Below are positions 13,462 through 26,767 of a DNA stretch of 64,000 nt, piece by piece (position 1 is the first letter of the stretch; every line of letters begins with the position of its first letter). Origin of the DNA: Lama guanicoe (Eukaryota); NCBI GenBank assembly GCA_013239625.1, contig MU054049.1, positions 11,015 through 75,014 on the forward strand, read 5' to 3'. A program made the position numbers and the translations under genes. The notes under the pieces are model-generated. The model was not told the DNA's origin and did not search any database. It saw only the letters and a list, made by a program, of their open reading frames with translations.

Positions 13462-16400
13462 GCTCACTGGGAGAGCTGAGGGGGAAGCAGAAAGTCCCAC
13501 TGTCCCCAGGCACCCTGTTGGGGGGAGATCAGCCCCACCTCAGCGCCGAGGGCACATCTGCTGCCCCAGCCATGTGCTTCCTCAGGCCACGCACCCATCG
13601 CGAAGGGACACCTGACGCCTGAGTATTTCCAAACAGTAGCTTCACATACATGAGAGTGCTTAGTGCACCTGCCATATTGGCCCCATTTTATAGTACAGAT
13701 AGTAGAGGCTGACCCAGAACACTCATTAGGTCAAGGTCACACATGTAATGTGGGCCTGAGCCAGGATTCCAGGGCCCAGGCCCGGCAGTTGGCATCCTCT
13801 CTCAATCCAAGTTGACCACACCCTCCTGGGAGAGCTACCAGCGCACCTGACACGGACTCAGGGCCCTGGGGCTGCCTCCACACCCCACCAGCAGACTAAT
13901 GAGATTCACGTCCTTGCCTCTCAAGGGAAGTGAGAGCTGAGAAAGGTTTAGGGGAGTACAGCAATGAGGGAGGCCCAGGACCCCAAACCCAGCCTCTGCA
14001 GAGGTAAGTGCTGGTCGAAGATGCTCTAGATTTACTGGGGGATTGAGATGAAGGGAGAGGTGGCCAGGCTTCCTAGCCAGGTCCCTCCTTCCACTTGTCC
14101 ACACTGCCTGTGTCCTCACAGTGTCCACAGTGAATGGTCAGCACGGGCTTTGAAGGCTGAGCTGGCTGAGGGGACGAAACGCGATGTGGGAAGTGTGGGA
14201 AGTAACCAAGTGGGCTACTTACCAAAGAATTACTTGTCTTTGAACTTGAACCTACAAATAACTTCATCCTTGTTCTTTGCGTTATTAAACCTTTCTTGGA
14301 AATCAATTCATATTCATCTGCAAGGACCACATCCAAAGGTCTGTGTTAGGAGGGGCCGAGTGCTGCCTCCCTCTGATCTCACAGCTGTGGTGGGCTGCCC
14401 CCAAATGGAATTCCCTGGGGACTCCTATGAGGAAGCTGTGTCTGAATCAACATCTGTGCACCCCCTGGTCCTCAGCTGGTGTCACTGAGGGTATAACTGA
14501 GACAGCTGGGCTGGGCCTGGAGTGCTTGGGGGTTTCTCACCATTGACTCTGACCCATCAAGCTCATTAAAGGCCCCCAGTCTCATCCCCCAAGCTGGAGC
14601 AAAGCTGGCCATGGGTTTCTGACCTAGAAGTCCCAGGGTCTTCCCTAAGGGGTGCAGACAGTGCTCTCCACCAGCCCCTCCCTTACATAAATGACAGAGG
14701 AACCAAGACAACGTAGGCTAAACTTAGCCCTGACTCTTGTCTGAGGTGAGCACCCAGGCCTGGGTGCCCATAGGATTTCCTGACACATGGGGGTCTGTTC
14801 CTCTCCCCTCACAGTTTCTGTCTGCCTATGGCAGGATGGAAACCCTAACAGCAAGGCTGGGAAGTGACCAAGGAGGCGAGAACCCTGTATAGGAGAGTCC
14901 CCCATGGAAGGTGAACTCCGTCTTAGCTGTGGTTCTGAAGTCTGCAGTGACTGCTCTTCCTCTCCCTCTTCCTGACCTTTCGTGTGCCTCACCCTCCCCA
15001 CCCAGGGATCCACCAAGCACCCACTTCCACCAGGGTGGGAGACAATGACTTGCTAAGGTGCAGTTCTGGGCCGTAGCCCTTTGCCAGGCTGCTGGGGATT
15101 TTCGGCCCCTAAAGCAAATACCAGGGGATCCAGAGAGGGCAGCTAGCGAGCCTGGCTCCTGAGGAGCTGGCCAAGGTCACATGCAAGTCTTCCTGCTGCA
15201 AGCCCTAGGGCATTAGCCTCCACCCCTGCCTCCTGGCCCAGGCTGGTTAATTCCAATCCCAAATGTTTGATTTACACAAAGTCAATTAACTCCAGGAACA
15301 TTCCTCAGAAATGTCAGCACAGCCCTGGCCCTAGCAGTTCTGATTCCTCCTGCTTCAGGTCTTCCTGAAGCTCCCATCAGATCAAGGCAGAGTTTGCAAA
15401 TTCTGTACTTTGAGGTAATTAGATTCTTGGGCTGTGGACTGAAGTTGGCCTGCTGACGTGTTTTGAAAGGTTTCAAGTGTTTTCAAAAAAAAAAAAAAAA
15501 AAGAAAAAAAAGAAAGGAGAGTCCATGTTGAAAAGTCTGCATATTTTCCCTAATAATCCGGATTACTTGTGTTCTTGGAAAATGGAAACACTAGGTATGA
15601 ATGGGTTTGTATTTCTGCGTGTCACCCACTGGCTGGACCAGAGGCCACTGCCTCCTCAGACTGGGATGCTCTCCAGTGGCCAAGCACTTGTCTTTAAACC
15701 AGGGCCCCTCATACTACAGGTCATTGTTCTTGGCTTGGTCTTGGCTCACTCCTCTTGTTCTTGGTACCTGCCTGGGGCCCGAGAGCACTTGATGCAGTGA
15801 CCCTGCCCTGGAAGAGGCTGAGCCACATGGAAGTGTGGGGAGAGCCCTGCGGTTTTGAGAAGTAGGGAAGTCCAGCTGATGGCCTCATGTTAAGATAGCA
15901 GACATGTGAGCTACTTGGGGCGGCTTTGGGGTCCCTAAGTGACACATCCTTTCCCACACCCAGTGGCCAACAAGACCATGTTGCTTCTGAATCCAAATCT
16001 TCCAGGTTGCATCCTCACTGCTCACACTTCATAAGGGTCCTCCTGCCCACTCTGACACAAGAAATATATTTGTCCTGGAAGTAGCAGTTGGGACAGTGTC
16101 TTGCACACACACCTTTGCCAACACAACGTGGTCCACCCAGCACAGGGCTCCTGCCTCGCCATTTCCCAGAGCATCATTTGCAATTACATCCTTGGATTAT
16201 TAATTGTGAAGAATGATTTCTTTGCAAGGCAGAACCTGAAACTGACAAGCCATATTGCAAGTAGATACAGGCAGAGAAGGGAAATTCAGCTACTGAATGT
16301 GAAGAAATCAGGCTCTCAGTGAGGCAAAAAAAAAGCCAGTGCAAGCCCTCCTGCTATAAGCAAAAAACCAAAAGGAACCAGAAATGAGTAAATCTGTGCC

Positions 16401-19400
16401 AGGCCAAGCTTAGTAAATCCTGTGTTAATCCCAAATGACATTCACCACTAATGAGCATCTTTACACGTTCTCTTTTAAATCTTCCAACACCATGAACTAG
16501 ACGTGATCTCCTACCCAATTCTACAGAGAGGGAAATTGAAGCTAAATAGAGCAGGGGAATCTCCCAACTCCTGGCAGTTACAGAGCCAGGGCCTGACCTC
16601 AGGTGCCCACTCCAGGACACACTTTTGCCACCTCTGCTCCTGTCTTAATTCCAAATACCCATCACTCTGCTCTCCCGGGACAAGCCCTCTCTGATACCCT
16701 GAGATGTGGTCTTCAGCTCACGGGGCTGTGAGTCTGGAACCAGAAAGCCTTGTTGGCACCTGGCCCGTATCAGCCTCAGGGTGAAGGGTGAGCCCAGCCT
16801 CCTCCTCCAGGTACGTGATGGGAAGAGAGGAGAGGAGCCATCGGACAGCCCTGCACATGGCCTGTGCCAGCAGCTCAGGAGCAGTGCGCGCTCCCCTCCC
16901 CCAGATGCCTTCTTCCTCCCTTGTGTCCCGCTGCCCTTCAGCCCTGCTCAGGTACTGCTTCACCTCTGCAGCAGAGCCCCCTCTGTCCCAGGCCCTGCCC
17001 CGCTCCAAGTGGGGCTTCTGAACTCTGGCACGTCTCCCAAGGGGAAGGCGGGGTGATGGTTTCACTATTTCTGCAGAAGAGGTTTTCAGCTAAAGGGTTT
17101 CTGCTTTGTCCAGAAAGTGCTCCTCTGCTTCCCAAAACCCTGGCCAGTGCACCCCAATTCCTCCAATAGTATGAACCAGAGAAAGAAAAGGAAGTCACAG
17201 AAGCTCAAAAATCAGCTCGCAGGGCTGCATTTCCCACCTACAGTCCACTGCCCACCAGCTCTCAGGCGGCAGAAGGACAGACAGTCCCCGGAAGTGAGAC
17301 CGATCCTTTCTGAAACAGAGACTTCTCTCTCTAGAAGAAAAGTTTTACACCAGGCTTTGCATAAGGCGGGGGTGCTCCAGAGAGAGAGGAGCTGAGAAAG
17401 CAGGCGGCTCCCAGAGAAGACTGGTGGGGCTGAGCTTGGAGAGGGCATCTGACTGCAGGAGGCTGACAAGGGCGCACATGTGGACGGGACCTGCTCTGGG
17501 GAGGGCGGGTCTGGGAGCGCTGCGTGCTGCTTGGCACAGCTGCTTTCAGAGAAACTGGACGCCAACTACTGCAGCCCGGATGTATCTTTAAGGCATCAGT
17601 CCTATGTTAGTCTTGATCCCAAGGAATTCCTTTCCCAAGCTTACAGAGTGGTAAGTGTCAGGATGGTCCCTACAATGTGACTTATGGAACAATCTGAATA
17701 CTGCCCAGGGGAGACTAACAAAATGAACTGGTCCATCCATGCAGTGGAACACTGTGCAGAAGATGGGGAAGATATTATGTACCGCATGGTCCCATTAATG
17801 TAAAAATATCCTTGTAAAGCGTATTTAGATAGGTATTTATATATAAAAGATGAGCTGTTTGTGGTTGTTATCTCTGGAGACAGTAGATGGGGCATGAGGG
17901 AAACTTATCATGGTGGAGGGACAGCAGCTACCCAGGCTGGTTGCAGGAGGGTCCCTGTCTACACAGGGTGTCCTGCCTTTGTCCCTCAGGTCCTCCTGCC
18001 CCTCCCAACCCCACAGAGGGTCTCCCAGCCATGATGCAGACCTGGACGCTGGACCTCAGAGGGACGACCTGCTCTGCACTGCATCCTACTGTGGCCCCCA
18101 CCACTGTGCCCCACCTGCTGGGCTGCTTTGCAGACACTCGCTGGGTCTGGTCACACACAGGAACTAGACTGGCCAGGGTTGCCTCCAACCTGCTTCCTGG
18201 GATGAAAGCCCTGAGCAAACCCAAACCCCAAACCACACATGAAGGATGAATCCCCAAACCACGGAGCCGAGTGCCCCAGGCCAGACACCGCGTCCATCCC
18301 ACGTGAGTCACTGAGCAGATGCTCTAAAGCAGCAAACTAACCTGTGGAGGAAGGAATCAGACAGTAGCTGCTCCGGTGGGGAGGGGCGGGGATTGCCTGG
18401 AAAGGGATCTGAAGGGACTTTCTGGGGACAACCGTAGTGTTCTCAGTCTTCATGGGTTTTGGGTTAAACAGGTGTTGTGTCAGAGCTCATCAAATGATAC
18501 ACTTAATTTTGCTGGGTTTGAAAAAGAGAACTCAACAAAAATTACTCCTCAGGTAAAGATTTGCAGAACGAAGGGTTTGGGAGTGTGGTAGCTGATGACT
18601 GTAATTTACTCTGAAATGCATCAAAAAAATAAGGTGGATTGATGGAGAGAGAGAGAGGAAATAAAACATGGTCAGAGATTAATTGTAGAATCCAGGTAGT
18701 GGATGTAAGTGTTTACATTGTGAGTTGTTTTAACTTAGCTGTAAACTTAAAACATTTCCATAACAAGTGGTTGGAAGATAAACAGAACTAAATGATAAAA
18801 TAAAGCCACAGACACAAGCCAGCAGGAGTCATAGTTCACAGCGGGGGACACATGACTAATGAGCGCGCAGACAGGGCTGTGGGAAGCCAGAGGGGCCAGC
18901 TGACCCAGAAAGGGTAAAGTCTCAGAGGCTGGGTGGGCTGGACCCTGTGACGCTGAGGAAGGTTTTGCAGCAGGTGGGCTTAGAGCAGAGGCTGGACCTT
19001 GGGGGGTCCGGCCGTCTGGCTAGGGGGCCTCAGGCTCCCCGGTCAGGCTGGGTTAGGGAAGTGGCTCTCTCAGTCCCTCGGGCCCTGGGCACAGGATGGG
19101 CTGGAGCACAGGCCTGGAGGCAGGGAGGCCAGCAGAGGCCTCTGCCCAGCCCAGGAGGGAGCCTGAGAGGCCGAGGGGGCCGAGTGCCTCCTGCTCACCG
19201 CCCCCCGGCCTCCTCACACCGGCCCACTGACTTATTCAGAGCAACACCCTGATGAACAGCTCTGACTTTACTGGGGTCCAGGTTCCTGCCCTGAGCTTTC
19301 CCTCCAAGGGACTGTCATGCTGTGTGGCAGCTTTCGACAAGATGACAGCAGTTTTAAAGGTCAGAGCAGCGCTGCTGGGCCATGCAGGCAGAGGGGGTGC

Positions 19401-20800
19401 AGCGGGCACCTGTCACTTCGGCTGGGCCACCCCAGGGCATGGATGACAACTAGCATCCTCTCCTGGGGTTTGACAGGCCTGTGTGTGTCCCAGGGACACA
19501 AGCAGAGACCTGCAGCTGCACGTGGCACCAGAGAAGCAGGGAAGGACCCTCCGTGTGTGGGGTCTCTGGCCTACGTCCACCCCAGCCCTGGGGGTCCCAG
19601 GGTCAGAAGACAGGAGGAGTCTGGTAGCTGCCAGCAACCGCAGGCTCAGCTGGAGCCCCTTCCCCCTGGATGTTCTTAAATCACTCCCCAGCCCAAGCTA
19701 GGCTGACATGGGGGTGGGGGCGGAGCCGTGGTCAGTGATGGAATCTGAGCACCAGCTCCCATGGGTGAGGGGTCCCAGCTTCTAGATCCTGTGCGGGTCA
19801 CTGTGGAATCCACTGGTCTATGTCTCACTGCACATCTGACAGTGGGTCCTGCTATTTCTACTACTAGAGGGCGGAAGTGGAGCTCACAGACAGTCAGCAG
19901 TTTGCCCAGGTTCGTGCCCGTGGGCAACAGAGCTCAGGAACGGACACTACTCTGTCTGACCCCCGGCCTCGTGCACTGCAGCCCTGCAGTTCGGAGCATG
20001 GGGCCAGGCCCAGCTCCCGGGTCCGCGTCCAGCTGCATCTGGCTGAGTGCTGGTCCCTGTGGAAGCGTGTGCTCGCCCCTTCACCTCAGCTGCACAAACC
20101 CCAGTGATGTGGACGCACGAGCTGGCACACACAGCTCACTCCAGAGACAGGTTCCTGTCAGAAAAGAACCTGCACAGGGTCCTCACCGCACTGATGCAGG
20201 GACCCTTCTGGGGAAGAGAGGGCAGCTTTGTCCAGTTTCAGACCTCAAGGAGAGGCCTTCCCCATCTAACCGCTTGGTGTAACGCTGGCTTTGAGTATTC
20301 GCGTGATGCCTTTGTCAGGCTGTGTTCCTGGTATGATGCTGGGACCGAACTGTGTCCAGTTCTTTTCTTCATCTGTTGAGACAATCATTTTTCCCTTCTC
20401 CATTTGCTGCTGTGGTAATTTACATTAATAAATTAAACATAGAATCAGACTTGTATTTCTAGGATGATCCCTAATTAGTCTTGATGTATTGTCTTTTTTA
20501 TATGTTGTTGGATTTCATTTGCTAGTATTTTGTTTTGGGTTTTTAAAATAAAAATTTTCTTATTTCTGAATTAACCTTTTGGTTTTGAGTTTTAAAAAAA
20601 TATGTACACTATACTTTTGGTAAAAATTTCACAATATTTTTGTGTCAAGTCATTAGGGGACACACCTTAAACTTACATAGAGCTGTATGTTAATTACATC
20701 TCAGTAAAACTGGGAGAAAGAAGTAATTAACAACACACAGCCCACAAGCCCTGGCATACACACCTCACATAAACACACACTTATATGCCCAATGTAGTCA
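13462..20800 (+). repeat. Long duplicated intronic region (partner about 35895-44350, with copy-specific insertions)
   Basis: Collinear similarity; very high in 13530-13900 vs 35963-36330 and 18970-20450 vs 41222-42700. Confidence 0.9.
14223..14317 (-). pseudogene. Copy B exon 10 (Ig-like), 95 nt, frameshift plus TAA
   Basis: AG/GTAAGT boundaries; ancestral frame reads NNAKNKDEVICRFKFKDK*FF, out of frame with the exon start. Confidence 0.85.
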
Positions 20801-21010
20801 TATGCCCGACACGTTTGTGTACAACCACCCCGCGTGCCCACAGCACACACTCAGATACCACACTCACATACACCACACACACATGCCATACACACTCACT
20901 CCACTCAAACCACACATACGCCACACATGTTACACGTACTGAAAGCATGTGTTGGCAGCACTCCCACAGTGCACACGGGGCACACTCACAACTCACACAA
21001 ACACACACCC
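20730..21010. repeat. CA-rich low-complexity tract (paralogous tract 44280-44560)
   Basis: Degenerate (CA)n. Confidence 0.8.
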
Positions 21011-21041
21011 TTATGTTTACAAGGGTGACTCCAGCTCTTAT

Positions 21042-21102
21042 CTCCTATACAGAGACTGGAAGGTGTTACAGTTGTAATTTCAATACAAGACTTAGCTGCG
21101 AG
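21042..21102 (-). pseudogene. Copy B exon 9 (61 nt), donor GT>AT
   Basis: LAAKSCIEITTVTPSSLCIG; followed by ATAAGA. Confidence 0.85.
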
Positions 21103-21192
21103 CTAGAATGAGGGGCAGGGGCAGGGGGCATGAATGGTGGGGGCATGGTGCAAAGCCACCCTTACCGCTTCTCACACCCAGCCCTCACCCCC

Positions 21193-21273
21193 TGAGTTAA
21201 TAATGCTTTTAAGACCACTGAATCCTGTGTCCACTCCAAATACGTGATCTGGGCTGCCTGCAATTTCCAGTAT
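21193..21273 (-). CDS. Copy B exon 8 (81 nt, end of vWA), donor GT>GG
   Basis: ILEIAGSPDHVFGVDTGFSGLKSIINS; followed by GGGGGTGAGG; read-through gives GGEGWV* (stop 21172-21174). Confidence 0.85.
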
Positions 21274-21591
21274 CTGCAAGGGAGAGGAGGTGGCTTGGCT
21301 CACAGCCAGGGGTTGAGGACTCAACAAGTCCCATCCCAGGACACAAGCTCTTGCCTCCTGCCATGTTAGACTCCAAGGGCCACCGCCTAGCATCTGCCAG
21401 CAGCCCATCATTAGGGACCGGGAAGCCCCCCGCCCGCACCTCTGGTGTGTAGGTCTACACAGCACTCGTTGCTCATCTGCAGTGGCTGTCTGCTGTCTGA
21501 ACACTGGAGTAGACAGAGGGCCATCCTCGGGGTGACCCTGGGACAGCTGCCTTTGAAGCTTTCCCCAACTGGTTTACCTGTTCTGAATTAC

Positions 21592-21660
21592 CTGGTCTTT
21601 CTTATAGTCATTTACACCCACACAGTATACAGTCGCCCCCAATTTCCTAGACTTCTGAGC
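21592..21660 (-). CDS. Copy B exon 7 (69 nt, vWA)
   Basis: AQKSRKLGATVYCVGVNDYKKDQ; AG/GT intact. Confidence 0.88.
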
Positions 21661-21736
21661 CTAAGAGAAAAAAAGCATTGAGTATAATTCACCAAATACA
21701 TGGAGCACAAAGCTGGTAACGATGATCTGGGCTCAC

Positions 21737-21816
21737 TTCCTCCTTAGTGTCTGCAAACGCCTGTGGCTGCAGATTTCTGTCGGTCAGAGAGATCATCATG
21801 GCGGCAGCCTTCCTGT
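21737..21816 (-). CDS. Copy B exon 6 (80 nt, vWA, MIDAS Asp)
   Basis: RKAAAMMISLTDRNLQPQAFADTKEE; AG/GTGAG intact. Confidence 0.88.
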
Positions 21817-22752
21817 CTGCAGAAGCAGGGAGCGGTCTGGCCAGCAAGGCACTGGAGGGCCCCGCCTCAGGCCGTCAGGCCCACAGCGCTGCTCCCCACA
21901 CCCCTCCCTGGGGAGAGGCCCCCCCCGACCCCAGCGTCCGCATCCAGAGCGCCTGGGAGGGAGAAGGGGCCGAGGCCCAGGACCCACCTGACAGATGAGG
22001 AGGCTGAGAGCAGCTCAGAGCTCTTCCTGGTGAACCCTCACTATGACCAGATGGCACAGCCTTGGCCCTGAAAGGCCTCTCCAGCGACCTCCCTGGACGA
22101 GGACCAGCCTTTCAGGTGAGCAAAGGCAGGAGCTGGGCTCCGGCCCAGGCAGCACCTGCGGCCTTTCCTGCGGGCTCTGTGGGGCCTGCCGTTCAGGACT
22201 TGAAGTCAAGATGCTTGGACAGCAGACCCCACCCAGCTCCCAGCCTTTCCCTGCAACCCACGCGTCTTCCTGACAAGAGCCGCACCCTGCAGTCCAGGTG
22301 CTGAGGGTTCAGGGCCGAGCACAGCCTTTCCCACTGGCGGAGACTCACTCACAGGACAGGAGTCAACCCGAGGGTGGAAGCTGAAGGGAAAGGAGGTGGA
22401 GCTGGAACTGGGTGGACACAGGTGTGGGCAGCCAGGGGACATCAAGGCCTTTGTTCCCTCAGCTGAACCCTGTCTGCTTGTGGCCCCTAGCTTTTCCCTT
22501 TTCTGTCTCGTGCAGCCCAACCGCAGGTCAAGCACCTCATGTCTAATAAGAACCATCTGGTTCTCAGAAGCCTCTCTGGGGGTGGCTTCATCCTCACTGC
22601 GCAGAGGAGGAAGCTGCTGCACAGAGAGGGCGAGGACCTCGCTCCAAGAGGCAGAGCTAGGAACTGGCCGCGGTGGGTCTGCGCCAGCCCCTGCTGCGGC
22701 CCGGGCCTGGCTCTGTCCCACCCGAGCACAGAGAAGGCAGCAGGCAACTTAC

Positions 22753-22786
22753 CTCCTGAGTTAGTTTGTTCAATCTGCTCATTCGC
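22753..22786 (-). CDS. Copy B exon 5 (34 nt, vWA)
   Basis: ANEQIEQTNSG; AG/GTAAGT intact. Confidence 0.88.
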
Positions 22787-22891
22787 CTGCAACAAAATGA
22801 AGGAATGTGGGCAGAGGGCAATGAGGTGACCCCAAAAGACTCTAAGAACTTGAAAAAGCAGAATAAATTCTCAGAGCTGTAGGGTCTGTAC

Positions 22892-22973
22892 CTTTTTCAA
22901 TCCTTCATGCATGTTTGTGTCTCCTGTAGGCACTACCTTCCGAAGTTTGATAAGACCAGCTTGTATTTCTCGT
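22892..22973 (-). CDS. Copy B exon 4 (82 nt, vWA, MIDAS Thr)
   Basis: REIQAGLIKLRKVVPTGDTNMHEGLKK; AG/GT intact. Confidence 0.9.
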
Positions 22974-25402
22974 CTGAAAAGAGTCAGAAAAGAGGATGGT
23001 GGAGGAATGAGGGTTGACTGTTACACCACAGCACAGCTGTCCTGGCGCCATTCTGCCCTGTGCAGACCTGCCTGGATGGGAGAGGACACAAGTCACCCTG
23101 TCATGACCTTCCTGCCCACGTCTCCGACATGACAGGCCTTGCTCAGGACTCCTCTGCCCCCTGTCTGGTGGGTGTGGGGGATGCTGCTTTGCTGGTCCCA
23201 TGGGAAGAGTCTGGCTTCCAACATGCTCACCCCTGTCTCAGGAAGGCAGCCCTCAGGGACTCAGCAAGGGCCCTGCCTTGACTGTCCGTGGTGAGAGGGC
23301 GTCACCCAGGGCCGTGCACCTGGGAATCCAGTGCTCACACGTCTCTGGTGAGGGCACATGGTCCTCCAACAGGTAAGGCTGGGTTTGGAAAAAGTCATCC
23401 TGCTGACACCCCCGCCCTTTCCCATCAGCCCCTGCCACAGACCCCTGAGGTACACTTGGTCCCTCCAAGCCACTTCCCCTTGGGATCCGTGCTAAAGGAC
23501 ATGGCCAGGCCGCTTCATTAGAGTGCTGGGCTCCTGGACTTCATGTGTCCCTGGAGAAAGAGACAATAGACTGGAAAAGAGGCTGAGCACCATCCACGCA
23601 GGAGGAGAGCAGTGACCTCAGGCTCACCGGGATGGGCTGTCGGCCTGTATTAAAGCAGACAGCGAGGGATGGGCTGGGACACATGAGGTGGGGCAGGGGT
23701 TAGGTCAGGCTGATCCAGTGTGTGGACTGAGCTATCACAGGAAGACTAAGGGGCTCTCACTCTGGGCCGAAGAGATGCCAAGTTGTGGTGAGATCCGAGG
23801 GCCCCGGGTCCTGCCCGGCCTGACCCAACCCAGGAGTGCAGGAGTCCTGAGACCCAGGGCCAGTGGAGGCCAAACCCAGCTTTGCCCACCTCAGCACAAA
23901 CACCGGCCCCTCTTCTTGGCACCTGTGGGAAGATGTCTGCTTTGTTGACCGCACTTCGAATGTGCTGGAACTCCCAGCCCTTCACAGTCTCTGGCCCGGG
24001 ACTCAGCTCGGCCAGCTTCACTCTTGCCTGAGCGGGCCTTTTTCTTGCGCTGCCCCCTGCACCCCAATCCCCACTCCCAGCTCTGCAGGTGGAGAGGACA
24101 CCAGGCTGCTTATGCCCTCATCAAGCCGTTCGCTTTGTAATATATCACCCATCACAGACAGCTTCACGTCTTTTCCGTTCCCCTGAGCCCCACCCCTACT
24201 CTGACACCTTCCCTTGAGGAATGTGTCCCCACCTTCACTCTCCAGAGAGGACCTGGGAGACTCTCAAGGGCCTCCCCACAGCTCCCTTGGTTCAGGTTCT
24301 GAACCCCTACCTTGGAGGAGGCCGTGGTCCCCTCTTCCCCATGGGCAGCTCCTCCACCAGAGGCCCACGCCCAGCCCCTCGCTGCCTCTGCCTCCTGCCT
24401 CCTGCCTGACAGCTCCTCACTGACTTGTTTTCTTCCACCTCAGACTCACTCAGGTCTCTCTCTCTGAAATGCAGGCCACAGGGACAGCTTACTGAGGGGC
24501 CAGCCCTGCCCCTGCTTCTCCTGGGAGCCAGGCCTGAGGAGTGCTGTCTCCGTGCGCTGGCACCACCACGTCCCCTCCCCTGCAGCCTTGCTGTTGGGCT
24601 CCTCTTCTGGTCTGAGCTTCTGTCCAAGGTGCTGAACGTGGCTCTGCGCCACAAATCCTGGACGCATTCAGTCCGTGATGTCCTCAAACTCTTTGGTATT
24701 TCACCCACTGAACTGGGATCCAGTCACTTGCATCATGAGACTCTCAACCTCACAGCTACTCAGGAGCTCCATATCTTCCCATCTCCAGGCCTTTGAGCCC
24801 ACTGCTGTCCACCTATGTCTCACCTAGGATGCTTGGCTCCCTCCGGCAACACATGCCTCCCTCCTGCACCCCAGCCCAGCCTGGTGTTCAGAACCACACT
24901 CATGAGCTACCTCGTCTCAGACCCACCAAGGGACCCAGCTTCCATCCACTGAAGCCCCCAGCACTTTGACAACCCCTAACCCTGCCTCCAGGTTCTGAAT
25001 CTGCCTCCCCACTTCCCCCACTAGCCCAGAGCAGAGAGGGACACAAACAGCAGGTGCCCAGTACAGGCCAGTGTTCATAAAGGGCTCACACATCTGCTCC
25101 AGCAGATCCCAGGAGTCCTCAGAGCCAGCCTGTTCTAAGAAAAGGGAAGAGCATTCAGGGGACACAGGACAGGTGGAGGGCAGGGCATAGAGGGGGAGGA
25201 GATGGCCTAGCAGCACAGGTGCCTGCCAATGCCCACCCAGTCGGGGGTCAGTGGGAGCCAGGGCTCTCAGGCTAGGGGTCAGGATGGGCCCTGAGGGGAG
25301 CCCAGGACAGCCCAGCCTGCACCCAGTGGAAACCCTCAGCTCCCTGGGTTTCCCTGGACCTGGACCACCATGCCTACCTCAGGGGATTAAAGCATCAGTT
25401 AC

Positions 25403-25474
25403 TTGTCTGAGGTGAGATTCATGAGGACGTGGCCACGTGTGGAGTAGGTGATGAAGGACATCCGCAGCCTAGGG
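25403..25474 (-). CDS. Copy B exon 3 (72 nt, vWA)
   Basis: PRLRMSFITYSTRGHVLMNLTSD; AG/GTAAC intact. Confidence 0.9.
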
Positions 25475-25949
25475 CTGGGGAGGAAGCACATGCTCGTGAG
25501 ATAATGACACAGGCTCAAAATGAAGCCAGTGAGTAGCCAGGAAGGAGGTGCATGCCCATCACTCTACTCTCCACCCCAACTCTTCTGCTTTGCTGTCCAT
25601 TTCCTAAACCCTGGAAGTTCCTGTAACTTTCATGAAGGATTTTAGGAATCCTGGTGAAGGAGGCCTGTGGAGATGTGGGCCTTCTTGGAAGAGAGTGCCA
25701 GGATGGCATCCTTCTCCAACCTCATACTCCAGTGCCCCACAAAGCATCTCACTCTGTCTCTCAGACACACACGAACACACACACATGCACTTGCACACTG
25801 CACACACCAGGAGATAGACACCTATGCACTCTTGCATGAGGACTTCCCAACTGGCCTCTCCTGGTCTGTAAAATTCTTTGTACCTTCACTCATCTTCCCT
25901 TCTTTACAGCCTTCCCTGCCTTGTCTCCTCTCATCTCAGAGAAGTTATT

Positions 25950-26600
25950 CTCCTTCTTGGCAGCTATTCGTATACACCCCTCCCTATGTTCTCCCAGGCC
26001 ACTGTCTTGTGGTCCATTGACCCTCATCATATTTTAGCTAAATTGCTACAGTGGTTCCTAGGTAAACTTTCCACTCCTCCTTGCTCTTGTTATAACACTT
26101 ACCAACAATATTAAACTTTCCTTCCTGGCACACAAGTGTGACCATGTCAGACCCCTGCCCAAGAATTGTTTATAGCTTCATATTGTTCACAGCAGGAAAT
26201 CCAAGCCCCCTGACTTGGCATTATGAGCCTTGGTGGCCTGGGACCAAGTCTGTCCTGTCCAGCCTCATCTCCCAGCTTTCCTCTGAGTTAACCCTGTCCT
26301 CCAGCCAAATAGACCACTCACTGCACAAGAAGTCTTGATGGTTCCTGTTACCCTGTCTTTTCCCATCCTTCAATACCCAGTTCAAAATTCCACATCCCTT
26401 AAAAAGCCATCCCTGATTTTTTTTAAAGAATTCTTGCTTTTTCCTTCAATTTGCCTTATTAATAAATAACTTTGTCCTTTTCTTTTGGCCCTTGGCACCA
26501 TTTAACCTGGTGCTTAGTCACTGTGTCACTGGTTTGCCTGTTTTCTAATCTGTGAGGTCCTCCAGGGCAGACTGTGTCCCCTACAATATGGCCTGACTCC
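25950..26600. mobile_element. Old L2-like LINE remnant
   Basis: Degenerate L2-like motifs (AATCCAAGCCCCCTGAC, TGTGAGGTCCTCCAGGGCAG); boundaries approximate. Confidence 0.45.
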
Positions 26601-26767
26601 CAGGCAGGAGCCGAGAAGGCTGCTGAGACCTGGAACCAGTGTGCTCTGTCCTTTTTTTCTGCTTCAGAATACCTCCCTGACACGGCGGAGTCCTATGCCC
26701 ACCGAGTCTAAACAACCGTGTACTCTGCCTGGCAGGGGAAACACCATGCAACTTGGAGAAACCGTAC

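Noticed and set aside
15477..15800. Poly-Lys ORF
   Set aside because: Translation of a poly-A tract
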